Positions 52,099 to 64,000 of a DNA stretch of 64,000 nucleotides are shown one piece after another (the first letter of the stretch is position 1; the number at the start of each line of letters is the position of its first letter). A model generated the notes under the pieces. The model made no database searches. It saw only the letters and a list, made by a program, of their open reading frames with translations, and was not told the origin of the DNA. The position numbers were made by a program, and so were the translations under genes. The DNA comes from the human T2T-CHM13v2.0 reference genome, Homo sapiens: NCBI RefSeq assembly GCF_009914755.1, contig NC_060928.1. One strand, written 5' to 3'.

Positions 52099-53109
52099 AC
52101 ACCTCTCTATGCTTTAAAAATTCAGTTTGACCTGACTCATTACTTCTAGGGAACAGGAATTACTAATCTCCTTGCAATGTGCTATTGAAACAGCCGCAAA
52201 GGTTTAAAAAGAAGAATCAAGCAAGAGATCCTGGCATAATCCCAGCGTTAATTATGGTTCTCAAAAGTGCATGCTGCTTTTTTTTTTTTTTTTAAGCAAC
52301 GATGACAATATTTTCCTAGCTTTGCTTTCCACAAAAACACAAACAAAAAGAACTAGACACAATATTGACTTGGCAAGTTCTCCATGGGAACCTCAAGATA
52401 AAGGACCAGAAAATGCACCTTGTAGTGTCCTTCATTAAATGCCACTGTTTCACTGTTTGGATTCAGCTACTTGGCATGCCACGTATGCCCACTAGTGTCC
52501 CACTTTTGTTTGCTGTGACTTGTGCCAGTCATACATGCTAAACACAGTTCTGTAAGGGACCCACATTAGATGAGACTGGGTCCACCTCACAGGATCTTGA
52601 ATTTTTTCCAAAGACAATTTGAATAATTTGAAATGTAAAACTGTGCTCATTACATTCTTGTGGATTTATTTAGTCTGATTCCTCTTCTCAGTCGCCCCAG
52701 AGAAATCCACTTTTATGATCACGAAAGGAATCATAGTCTTGTTTGAAAATTCAGGCCATGAATTAAAAGAAAAATGAAGTAAAAAGCCTCTCATTTTCCA
52801 GAAGTGAAAACTCTAAGAACCAGGGAGGTGGATGTGTTACCTACACCCACACAGCTGATTAGCAAGAGGGCCAATCTAGAACACACATCCTCTAATCCAG
52901 AGTGCAATATTCTTTCCACTACACGGTGAAACTTCAAGTTTTCTTACCCTCCAAGTGAACAGAACTGAAAGGGAAAATACCAAGGAAATCAAAGATATAC
53001 TCCTTCAGCCTCTGGGAACTTAGTTGAATATATTTTTAACAATACCTAAGGCCTAAAAACAGATGTAGAATAGATGAAATAATAGAATTAGGACGAAAAA
53101 AATGTGCAG

Positions 53110-53545
53110 TCAAAGAAGATTGGCTTGAGGAAGACGGCTAGATGTTGGGCTCAGAAATTAGTAAACACATCTGGAGTATTGCCCAGGCTGTGGGGATTAA
53201 CTCAGCTGACACCGATTTCAGGTGTCAAGGAGCCAACCACACAGACATCTTCCCAGAAAGCATTTTAAGCATAAGACCAGTAAGTACAAAGACCCTGAAG
53301 TAGAAGTGAATTCCAGGAATAAGGAAAAGACCAGAGTGGCTGCAAAGAGCCGGCAGGGGGTAGGGTAGAGAGGAAGGCAGGGATCAGCTGCTGTAGGATA
53401 TCTTACACCATGAAAAGGAATTTGGAATTTGTTTTGATAGCAACAGGAAGTGAATGAAGGGTTTAATGAAAAGAGGTGATAGGATCAGATTGATTTTTTT
53501 TTTTTTTTTCAAAAAAGATCACTCTGGCTGCAGTGTGAAGAATGG
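53110..53545 (-). mobile_element. L2 fragment
   Basis: AAGTACAAAGACCCTGAAG...AAAAGATCACTCTGGCTGCAGTGTGAAGAATGG. Confidence 0.75.
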
Positions 53546-54454
53546 TTTGTACGATTGAGATAACACATACGAAAGTCCTTTTGAAGAAAAAATGGTAAGG
53601 CAAAATCTAAATGGAAACTGTAACTGTCATTATATAAACAGCAATGCAATCTTCAAAAATAATCATGCATTGAAGTTTTTCAAAGAATGTTAAAATTTGG
53701 CACTAGTCAGTCATATGGTTTGTCCATGTTCTGAAACACTGAGCAATAGATCTCTGAAACAGAGGCAAGATGAAACTGATGTTGGGCATCGTTGGCTTGA
53801 GTCATCATTGGAATTCACGCCATCTGTGTTGCTATAGCAGATTAAGAAAGCCCAAACTCGAACACAGGCAAGTCTCTGGTGCTCAAAGCTGCGACCATTT
53901 CAGAATTCTGCCACCTAAGCTTTCCCAGTTGAATAGAGAGGAAACAATACTTTTAAAAAGAAAAGTCCAAACATCCTCCTGTTTCAAAAAGAAGTGGCAT
54001 GAATGAACTGAGAAACAGAAAAAACACAGCTTCTGCATTGAGAAGGCACAACACTCCGTGACTTTAGAGATCAAAGTCCACATCAGTTGGGATGATTAAA
54101 ACCCAATTACTGACTTTCTGCAATGAAAAAGTAGTAAAGTCTTGTACCACAGATAAATCCAAACTGATTAATATTATTCTGCCAATCTCCACTCAGTTTC
54201 AGTAGTGACCATACACCATTAACCTAAAGCAAATTTCACCTCTAAGGTGGCTGCTGATGATAAATTTCCAAGGATGTTCAGATAAGACAGAAAATGAAGG
54301 GGACAGTTTATAAGTGTCTTTTAGGAAATCACTGATTTTGTTACTGGTCTTCGGTAAAAGCTAAATAATTCAACAGTTGAAGAACAACACGAGCCACACG
54401 TTATGAAAAATTGGAGTTCTTGGGTTCAAAAAGGCAAATTACTAGAAGAATGCC

Positions 54455-54630
54455 AGGCTTCATAAAGAGACAGATTTGAGTTTGAATCCTGGCTCTCCTC
54501 CTTGCTATTTGAGTGACTTGTGGATCTTTATAAATGAAAGTCTTATTGATCATCACAGCTGTTTGATGAGAGGGTTAAAACAGGGTCATGTGTATAAGGC
54601 CCATTGTAGGTACGCAAGAAATGTTCATTC
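54455..54630 (+). mobile_element. MIR SINE
   Basis: AGACAGATTTGAGTTTGAATCCTGGCTCT...GTGACTTG. Confidence 0.65.
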
Positions 54631-55689
54631 CATACTAACTTACCTCATCCCTTTTTTCCCAAGGGCTTTCCAAAAGGATTTATGACTTGGAAAGACTCCA
54701 CCTGCTTATAAAAACAGAGATGAGGTCTTCAAGGGGGTGGGAATCCTTAAGACAGGTCCTTGAAGAAATATCCTAGGTCCCTAGGTTATTCCTAAGAAAG
54801 GATTTAAATTTTAAAAGCAGCAATAAAGGGTCTCGAAGCTAGTGGCTTAAAGAAAATTACAAGCACTAAACTTGTAAGAGAATGCATATTTATATTTTTA
54901 TATATGTGAAATAAATGCAGAGCTTTTGAAAGAAAAAAAAAGATATGAGTCAAAAAGTTTTGTACAACTCACAAGTCAGAGTAAATAGAAACTTAAAATA
55001 GGGCTTAGGAATCTATTGTCCCGGGCATGGTTAAGAATGAAAGTCAGCATGGTAGTCTGGAGAGTTGGAAATGGTAGCCTACCAACCCCTACCAGCTGGA
55101 TAACCTTTAGTAAATTATCCCAACCCCGTCCCCTTGAAAGTCTGCTAATCTGTTAAATGAGCTAATTAGCTGAGACAATCCCTACAGATCCTGTCAGATC
55201 CAGCATTTTTATACTTCTCTGGCTCCAAGATCACGGAATGTAAGACAGCAGCGTTCACTGTCACATTATTCAGATTTTCATTTCTAGACACAACTGGAGG
55301 TTTCCATATTTGAGGAGCTACACCAAGGCCAACGGAAAGGATTGAGGTGAAAAGAACAAATGCCAAGAATGATGAAACAATAAAACCGAAGGGGAGAAGA
55401 GGCAGAGGACATCACTTGGGCATAGTGACCGGCTCTGAACATGTGTTGATTGGCAAAAAAAAAAGATGGAGCAGAATCAAGGGAGGAACATGGGGAAGAA
55501 CAAACCCAGAAATCTTATGATTCCATTATTATACAGGGTCGGGGGCTCAGATTAAGTGTGGGAGTTGGAAGATTCTTGGCGACATGTAATGCACTGAGCC
55601 TCATGGGGTGACACAGCTTGACAAGGTCATTCAGCTGGTTACAGATCCAGAACTAGATGCAAGATTCCTGATTTTTGACCACTTAGGGT

Positions 55690-56023
55690 TTTGTTTTTGG
55701 TTTTGTTTTTGTGTTGTTGTTGTTGGTTTTGTTTTGCTTTTTTGAGATGGAGTCTCACTCTGTCACCCAGGCTAGAGTGCAGTGGCCCAATCTGCTCACT
55801 GCAACCTCTACCTCCCGGGTTGAAGCAATTATCATGCCTCAGCCTCCTAAGTAGCTGGGATCATAGGTGTGCACCACCATGCCTGGCTAATTTTTGTATT
55901 TTTAGTAGAGACGGGGTTTCATCATGTTGGCCAGGCTGGTCTTGAACTCCTGACCTCAAGTGATCTGCCCACCTCAGCCTCCTGAAGTGCTAGAATTACT
56001 GGCATGAGGCACTGTGCCCGGCC
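55690..56023 (-). mobile_element. AluS (Sx/Sz-like) with (GTT/GTTTT)n tail
   Basis: TTTGAGATGGAGTCTCACTCTG...TGACCTCAAGTGATCTGCCC...GCCCGGCC. Confidence 0.95.
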
Positions 56024-56624
56024 AGTTTTCTTTCCATGGGGAGTTCTACTGATTGGATCCTAGAGCAAAGGCTGCAGCACCCATGTGGGGAAGGGAAGCT
56101 GAGAGTGTCACTGGTGAGAGCAAGAGCAATGACTTTGCAATTTATGAGTCTGCCCCTTAACATTGGCTCAAACCATTGTTAATCCATTCTTTTTCAGAGT
56201 AGCATGCTGCTGAAATAACCTCAGAAAGATGCACAAATATGCTGAAGGGAAAGAAAGGCTTGGACAGCTTTTTGGAAAACATTCTATACAGTTTGTAACT
56301 TGCTGGTCCTCTGGTTAGTACACACCATTGATAGCCACAATGTCTTTCTCCTGCCATATTGTAGCCTGCCCCTCATATGCCCAATTGCTTGAAAATTGAG
56401 TGTTACTGTTCACCAGTCAAGGATCTCGTGTGTAGCTAGATGTGCCTCAATTCACTTTACATTATCAGATGAAACCAAAAACAAACAAACAGCAACACTT
56501 CTGAGGTCTAAATGTAAAATCTGGTATGCAACAGCACCAACCCACATAGACTGCATTCTTCAACCCACCCTATATCCATTTGACTGTCAAGTTAGCTTAT
56601 TTTTCCTAGATTTAATGTAATTTA

Positions 56625-56820
56625 ATTCTAATGTGTATCAATTGTAAAATGGACATCTTTCCACATTGTGTCATCTATTATTTTGATGTCTAAAATTGGG
56701 AGGCATCTTATAATCAATAGTATGTCATAGTTTAATTGTCAGTGTTTTTTCTTCCTTAGTGATATATAAAGTAATTGTGTATCATAAAATTATGGAGTCT
56801 TAGAGTTAATGAAATACAGT
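56625..56820. mobile_element. MER104-like Tc2/mariner MITE
   Basis: GCATCTTATAATCAATAGTATGTCATAGTTTAATTG...TCTTAGAGTTAATGAAATACAG followed by TA. Confidence 0.7.
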
Positions 56821-56929
56821 ATTTAAAGTAGAAATTGAGAGCCATTCCATCACGATCTTCTGTAGGTTCAAGAAAATGAACTGCCCATCTCGCTCTCTCT
56901 CTTTCCTTTTCTTGCCCTCTCTCACACTT

Positions 56930-57545
56930 TTTCATTCTTTTATTCTTTCCTTAATTAAACTAGGATTTATCAAATGCCCACTCAGTGACAAGTGCTACTC
57001 TAAGCACTGAAGATGACATAATGAGCAGAAACAGATGTGGCCCTTGTCCTCATTAAGCTTATCACCTACTAGAGATAGAAATATATTGATTGAACAGCAC
57101 AAAATCAAACTACAAATATAGTAAAGGACACCATGGAGAGGTGCACGGTGCTATGAAGGAGCACAGGGTAATGACCTAGTTAGGAAGATTTCCCTGAGAA
57201 AGTGAAGAATGAGTAGAGATGAGAGGAAGTCACAGAGGTTGAAGGCAGGGCATTTTGTGCAGAAGGAATTTAGGATCCAAAGGTTTTTTGGCAGATTTAA
57301 GTATAGCTTTGAGAAGGCCACATCCCTGGAGCCCAAAGAACATGGGAGGCACAGATGTGAGATGAGATAGGGAGGGAGGGAGTCCAACCATGGCAGGGCT
57401 CTGTCTTTATCTTAAGAACAATCTGGAGGCAAAGGGGAGGTTGGGAAAGGTAAATGCTCAGATTAAAACCAGCATTCTGGATGCTAGGCGGGTTCCTTGG
57501 AGGGTGCAGGTTAGGAGGCTAGTGCAGTGGTCCAGTCGAGAACTG
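56930..57545 (-). mobile_element. L2 fragment
   Basis: TTTATCAAATGCCCACT..GTGCTACTCTAAGCACTGAAGAT...TTAGGAGGCTAGTGCAGTGGTCCAG. Confidence 0.75.
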
Positions 57546-58379
57546 ATAGGGACATAGAAACTCAGAGCTGCCCTCTCTCTCTCCACCGGCTCAGTGTGCA
57601 GCTCTCAGCTCTGCAGTGCAGCCATTCCGTCGTCTCCCGCTCCTTACACAGACTTTGCAGTGACATCTTGGGAGCAATACCCAGAGAATGAGGTCAGAAT
57701 ATTCAATAAAGGTTCCTGCTGCAGATGAGAGAGAACCGTGAACAAAGCACGACAGAGAAGGGAGACTGGGAATGCACAAGGAGAGGAAGAGAACACAGCC
57801 CACACGGTCTGCCAGATCTCGCCCAGCTGGGAAGCTATGTGACCAGCCTGGACTCTGTCCTCTGAACTCTCCAGCACTGAGTCAACCTATTGTACCCCTG
57901 GCTTGATCCTCATTAGATGCACTGAAGATCTCGCAACCAACTTGGGGAAGATAAAAGTTTATTTGAAGCCTGAAGAAAAAGAGCTCTTTATTTAAAGGAA
58001 ACAGAAAAGATCCTTAGGAGCTTTTTTTCCCCCTTGGCAGATATTGACTTACAAACTGATCTTATTCCACTGGTTGGGATATATCTATTTTCAGTCCTTG
58101 TACATCTACCCTGTGAATTGCGATTTGATGAAGCCATACGAACAACTAATAAAGTCTCAGTGTAAAAATGCTATATGTTCTTAGGAAGGGAAAACATAAA
58201 ACTTCAATCCATGGTTTATTAAAAACCCTAGGTAAGCACAGTTTACAAAGCTAAACGCCAATACCTATAATTCACCCCATGATAACGTTAGCCATAGAGT
58301 AACTGCTATCTCTAACTGCATTCAAGTTTGGTTGCCCTTCAGAAGTACTGAAAATCTAACTCCTAATGGCTTTTGATAT

Positions 58380-58805
58380 AAAAAAAAAACAGTCTTTGAT
58401 TGACAGAATCTAATCACTAGAAGGGCAGCAAACAAAAGCTGGGAAAAGCACAGTTCCCTGTTAATTTTGTTTTTCCTTGCAACATCTATAGGCATCTGAT
58501 CACACAGTTGTGCAATTATTTGCTAACTGAAGATGTTATTATTCTGTTACTGTCTTAGAAAAATAGTAACCTTTCTCAGCAAAGATAAAAATATGTGGGT
58601 TCTTTTCCCGCGGTTTATATATCTTAAATCTTAGGTCATTTTTACAGCAGCTCTCTCCTCAACTCTCCCACCATTTATCTTTCCATTCTCAGCAAGGGCT
58701 AGTTTACTTAATACAGGAAGACCTTCACATAACTTTCTGGCATTAATTATTATGGTGGCACAAACTCCCGTGTGAAATATTTGCTGCAATGTGTCCCGCA
58801 GTCTA

Positions 58806-58836
<31 letters not shown>

Positions 58837-59230
58837 GAGAGAGAGAAGGCAAAACATTCCTGATGATTATTCATTATTTTATATCAATTTTACATAATTA
58901 ATTGAGAGTTTTATTATAAAGCACAGGGCCCCTTCTGTGCGATCTTACGTTAATAAGCTAATATAAAGATTTTGAAACTGCGTCTGCAAGTAAAGGAGGC
59001 AAGAAAGAAAGATGGCCAAGTTTCTTCTGCAGGCTTCATTCTGAAAATAGGGTCTGATTTTATTCTTGTTAGAGGTGCCTTCTGATGATGGCATGAGGGT
59101 TATGAGGCAATGTGAGTGACATTAAAATAATATAGCCCTAAATGAAAACTAATAAGCAGCTCTAAAGAGTCAATCAGCCCATTAGGATGACAGGCAGTGA
59201 GAAGCTGCGCATTTCAGGGCTGACAATGTA
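58380..59230. promoter_or_regulatory. Candidate enhancer-like block
   Basis: Perfect TGATTGACAG at 58397-58406 overlapping CTTTGAT; many TAATTA/ATTAAT; TTTTATTA; repeat-free except A/GA run 58805-58846. Confidence 0.45.
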
Positions 59231-59739
59231 TTGCTAGTTTCTTTCTCATTCTCCTTTTAGTAACTACAAACAATTATCTGTAAACTTCCATTCTGAGAAG
59301 TGAAGTGGGTAAAACACAAGTTATGGTGAAGGTCTTAAGGGACAGTTTTGGGTGCAGCTTGACTGGAGGGAAACTGATGAGATCTCAATTTCAGAACACA
59401 ACAATATTGGAGTCTGCTTCGGAATCAGTGGCAACTTCCCACAAACAGGCTGTAGCTCTGGTCCCAGCAATGGGATATTTCCCTATTCATTCCCACCTTT
59501 ATTGGGAGTAGCTGTGAAGTAAATTGGCTGAAGCTTGTCAGTTTAACCTGCTATTTTACACAGACCCACCCACACCTCCTCTTCTAATTCCTTCCCTGAT
59601 ACTCCCCTACCCAACCTTAGCATGTAGAAAAGCCATGGACCCTGTCACCAGACGCCTAGCATGATACCTCATACATAGAAACCTCTCAACAGATTAGACT
59701 AGATTAGTTGATTGGTTGGTTGAATAAGGGAATCAAAGA

Positions 59740-59995
59740 AAGACATTGGGAGGCTACATTGGTTCGGAAAGTGCCTCTGGATTTCATTAGACCTGCAGTC
59801 AAATATTGGCCTCTCCTATTATTAATACTGTGTTCTTAGGCAAGTCCTTAACCTCTCTAATCTTTAGTTTCCTCATTTACAAAATTAATATAATCATAAT
59901 CTCTACCTCATAGAATTATAAATGGAATGACTTGTTCATATGTTCAATAAACTACTTATTCCAGTACCTAGAACACAATAGACCGCTCAATAGAC
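59740..59995 (+). mobile_element. MIR SINE (preceded by an L2 tail ~59640-59725)
   Basis: TAGGCAAGTCCTTAACCTCTCT...TTTCCTCATTTACAAAAT..CTACCTCATAG. Confidence 0.8.
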
Positions 59996-60127
59996 AACCT
60001 TAGTTTTCAAGGTGGCTTTGTGCAGGATGAAGTATTTAAAGGAGGGAGTAATTCAGAAATACCCAGAAATACACAGAAAGTGTTTCCCATTGCTGCCACC
60101 ATTTGTTCCCTCACTCGCTCCCCGGAG

Positions 60128-60250
60128 TCATCCATTCATTTAACAAATATTTATTAAATGCCGACCATATTCCTCTTCTGAGAAAAAGCACTGAATAAAA
60201 ATAAATTTTTGCCCTCATAGAACTTATGTTCTAGTGGGAAGGACAGACCA
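60128..60250 (-). mobile_element. L2 3' end
   Basis: CATTCATTTAACAAATATTTATTAAATG...TGCCCTCATAGAACTTATGTTCTAGTGGG. Confidence 0.8.
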
Positions 60251-60755
60251 AAAAAAAAATCAAGAATGTGTGACATGTCAGAAAGTAGTCATGCACATCA
60301 AACATTAATTCATTCATTTAATGTATATTTACTTTTGACTGCTTTCTATAAAAATATACATTAACACATTTTCTGATCACAGGGCAGTAGTTTTGATAAA
60401 TACGTACCTAAACTATAAATCATGGAGAACAATAAGAACTTGAAACCGTTTACACAGCCTCCTCTGAGCAGACTACATTCCTGTAATATTTGCTTAAGAG
60501 GAACAGAAATGCTGTAAATTGTGATTACTGACACACTCCAGGTTGGGGAAGGGTCTCCAAAAACCAAAACTGAGATCTTGGTTTTAGAATGGCAGAGAGT
60601 CCCCGTGAGTGATAATTTTCACTTGGCATCATACAGAAATTCAGGGAAATGCTTGGGACCATCTGTTCAACTACGATAATGAGGGGTAGTGGGTTTCTCT
60701 GGGGAATGTGCTGAGATGTATGAAGAATTAGTAGCAGAAATAGGACCTTTGCAGA

Positions 60756-62648
60756 TTCCAGAACAAATGGAAGGGACCACTGTCATCCTGTCTGCTACCT
60801 GTAAAACTGCAGATTGCCAACACTTCTTTCTTCTTTTAAATGCAAAATAAGTCATCTGCAAAATAATAGACTTTAGAGTAAGGTCATGTTTTTTAGAGAG
60901 GTCAAAACTTTCTGTCCCTTCTCTCTGGAGCTCTTGGGCAAAGGCACCTGCGTATGGACTTCACCATCAGCCATCTGTCCTTTTGCATCCCATCATAAGG
61001 GCTTGGAGGAAACAAGACAGCCCCAATTATGCATTTACAGACTCACTGCACAAGCACTCACACATACACACTCACACCCATGCATGCAGACACATATTAG
61101 AGACTCTCATTCAAGGAGTTTATAGAACTTTCACTCCTATACTCAGAGAATAAACAAGACCATTTGAACCCAAGAGGAAACATGCTAACGTTGCTTAGTT
61201 TTCCAGTCTGTGACCTCTGGTGAGAGTCACTGGGGACCATCTAAAGGCTGCCCACAGACTGCTCTCCTGTGTTCACAATGTCCTAGATTTTCCTTCTCAC
61301 CGAACTTTCCTGACCCTTACTCACTACAACTAAATGCTCCAGCTCTTTAATGCCCAAGACCTGAATTTAGTCAGTCCAGAACCCGCAGGAAAATGGTGGA
61401 AAGAGAATAAACTTCATCACAAGTTTGTGGCAGCAGCTTCACATGAAATCTGTGGCAACCTATACCTTTTTTGAATAAGCATTGCCTCTTTAAGGACAAT
61501 TAGGTATTTATTGGTACAATACATAATTTATTCTGGAGGTTACTGGTTTATGAAGGTATGGGAAAACTGCCAACTTATCATATGAACAGCAGTTATGAGT
61601 AATAACAAGCGTTATAATTTACATTTAAATTCTGTTTTTACATTAATGAGGTACCTAAAATGCAACCCAGCAAAAGGCCTTTTGTGCACATAATCTCTTG
61701 CTACCTAAAATAGAAATCTGGTTTTATATTATAACTTGTATACTCCCGGCCTCCTCATAGGAGCGCCTATAATATTCACTTAGAAACTAGTGATGGGGCG
61801 ACTTGAAAAAATGTAGCTGCCATCATGAGCCCAATGAATCTTAGACACCAAGAAATATTTTTCGTGAAGTGTCTAGAGTAATTAACGATAAACTGCTTAT
61901 ATACAAAGAGGTAAGCTGTTTGGGAGAAAAAATATGTTGTGGGTCACCAGACCTCCTAGGGTGACCACAGAGTTGGTCATTTCTAGGTGAGGATGGTGAT
62001 ATTAGGGAAGCCAATTGTCAAGAAGTACAAGTCTTCTCCTAATGGTGGACCTGAACATATTATGCTCTGGACATTTGATTTCTACTATTCACTCTTAGCC
62101 TCCCCTCCACAGACAGCATCTAGCCTGAACTTCTACCTGGCCTATCCTATGACAACTGCCAGCCCATCTGAATTGTACACTCCCCTCTGCCTCAGATCTT
62201 TGATGGTCTATCTCGTGCCAACCTGCTTTTCTGCTCTGAGGCCCTGCTTCATAACACTTTCCAGATCTAGATCCCTTATCTTGAACTCAGTCGTGGCTTA
62301 CTCATCAGCCTCCTAAGCCCTTCCTTGTCCCCACACCTGGTAGAATATCAAAGTGGAGAACCTGCCAAAACCTTAGGAAATCTTTACTCATTCAGATCAG
62401 GTGGGAAGAAAGACTAATTACTAATAAAAGAGATACTATTTTTGGGAATAAAAGATATATTTTTGTATATTTTTCAAAATATACAGTAAATCCAACTGGA
62501 CTATCAATGGATTTATTTGCAGCATTCCTTTGTAGCTCTGTGGCTAATGAAGGAGAAACAAGGTTTTGTGATTGAGCAAGTATTTCCAGAACAAGTGGAA
62601 GCAGCCACCCATCATCCTGTCTGCTACCTGTAAAACTGCAGGTCACCA
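60756..62648 (+). repeat. Dispersed direct repeat, two copies of ~60 bp (60756-60819 and 62584-62648)
   Basis: Identical 30-mer TCATCCTGTCTGCTACCTGTAAAACTGCAG at 60783 and 62612, with similar upstream flank TTCCAGAACAA(A/G)TGGAAG. Confidence 0.92.
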
Positions 62649-62747
62649 CAAGTACACAATTTATTCTCCCACATTTTTGTTTTTACACATGCAATCACAC
62701 AATTAATCTTATTAGAAAACCCCTGTAACAGGTTGCTCCAGGGTGAG

Positions 62748-63250
62748 TTTCATTCATTTAGCCCCTCCCTAGTTGTGTTTAGCACCTACTACGGGCAAAA
62801 TGGTTAGATGCTGTGGATGTGGCAGAGAATAAGACGGACGTGGCTCCTACCTTGGCAGCACTAACGTATCACAAATTCTAAATTAGCAGAGCATTAATTA
62901 ATTAATTTTTTATTTTACCATGCATGGAGAAGCACAAAATTTTAACTAAAATTCTACCCAATTTCAAATCCAAGTTCAACGTTTGCTAAAAAATTAATGT
63001 TAATCACCACCATATACTCTTCTTCTACCCAATTCCCCTTTTCCTTCCCACTCTAGTCCAAATATCACTTCCCAAGTGCCCTCCCTATTTCCCTAGGCAC
63101 AGTTTTGTCTCCTCGTCCTCTCTCCTTCTTCTCTTTGTATTCATCGTTAAACAGTCTATCAAAAGTTCACAAGTGGTCATTTTTGCCTACTTGCTTTCCT
63201 AATAGACTGTAACCTCCCTGAGGCATGGTTTTTCTTCCTAGAACTGTCTT
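62748..63250. mobile_element. L2 fragments (- ~62748-62860; + ~63060-63250)
   Basis: TTTAGCACCTACTAC..; CAAATATCACTTCC...TAGACTGTAACCTCCCTGAGG. Confidence 0.55.
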
Positions 63251-64000
63251 CTTCCAGAGCTCCAGAGTACAACATTGCAAAAGAAGGGACTTAGGAAATA
63301 GAATTCATGTTCTCAAATATTCCCTTGCTGTCATATGAATTCTGTCCTTACTCTCCTACACACACAATGACCATTCCCAATCCTGCTTCGGTAAGTTCAT
63401 TAAACAATTAAATTTTTGGCAAAAGGAAATGCAATAATTGCACATGTCCCATGCCTGGACGTTTAGTCAGTCAATTCGTACCTAAGGAAGTCACAGTTGT
63501 GAAGCACTGCTAGGGTGCCAAGAATTAATTACCCCCAAATAAGTTCTTGGGGAAGGACCAAGTTTCCCTCATCAACATTCAAGGCAAATGCCATCACACA
63601 AAGGGAAAGGGGAATAAAAAGCCCAGAAGTCTGAACAGGAAAGAGCATTAAAAAAGAAAGCAGGGAAATAAAAGAAGTGTATTAGAGCAGCCACACGCCT
63701 TCTTCCTCGTGCAATGCTGTAGGATGATGTATGTAAAGGGAACTTCAGTTTACATTCAAGACCTCATTCCTAGCATCAAATGCCTGGTATTTTCAAACCG
63801 AGAGCAACCTAAATACTTTTGTCATGAAAAGAGAACTTCTCCCTGTTGCAGTCATGAAATAAAGCAATACAAATAAAGCTGAGTTCACGTACAGTTGCAA
63901 AAGCCCCAGCTGAAGCCAGAATGAACAAGAGACTCCCTCTGAACCTTGACCCTCACTTGCATCTTTCCTTTGGATTCACTTATTGGTGGAGGTGGATGGA

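Overview
AT-rich (roughly 38-40% GC, estimated by eye) non-coding primate genomic DNA, either a gene desert or a very large intron. Alu, L1PA and MLT2A elements establish a primate origin, probably human or another catarrhine. I cannot recognise any protein-coding gene, RNA gene or CpG island, and the ORF track is explained by chance ORFs and Alu/L1/LTR/simple-repeat translations. The window is a mosaic of ancient MIR, L2, CR1, MER and MLT repeats, six Alus, two 5'-truncated L1s with TSDs and a full solo MLT2A1 LTR. Between them lie repeat-free blocks rich in homeodomain, TALE, FOX and SOX motifs, which look like developmental enhancers. The most notable direct observations are: (1) a perfect 80-bp tandem duplication; (2) a cluster of fold-back/templated-insertion structures at 38.5-39.9 kb; (3) a dispersed ~60-bp duplication with a 30-bp identical core at 60.8/62.6 kb; (4) a hypothetical minus-strand spliced lncRNA starting in the MLT2A1 LTR. 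Repeat family names come from recalled consensus sequences, and boundaries without TSDs are approximate. I found no convincing evidence of a wholly new biological system.
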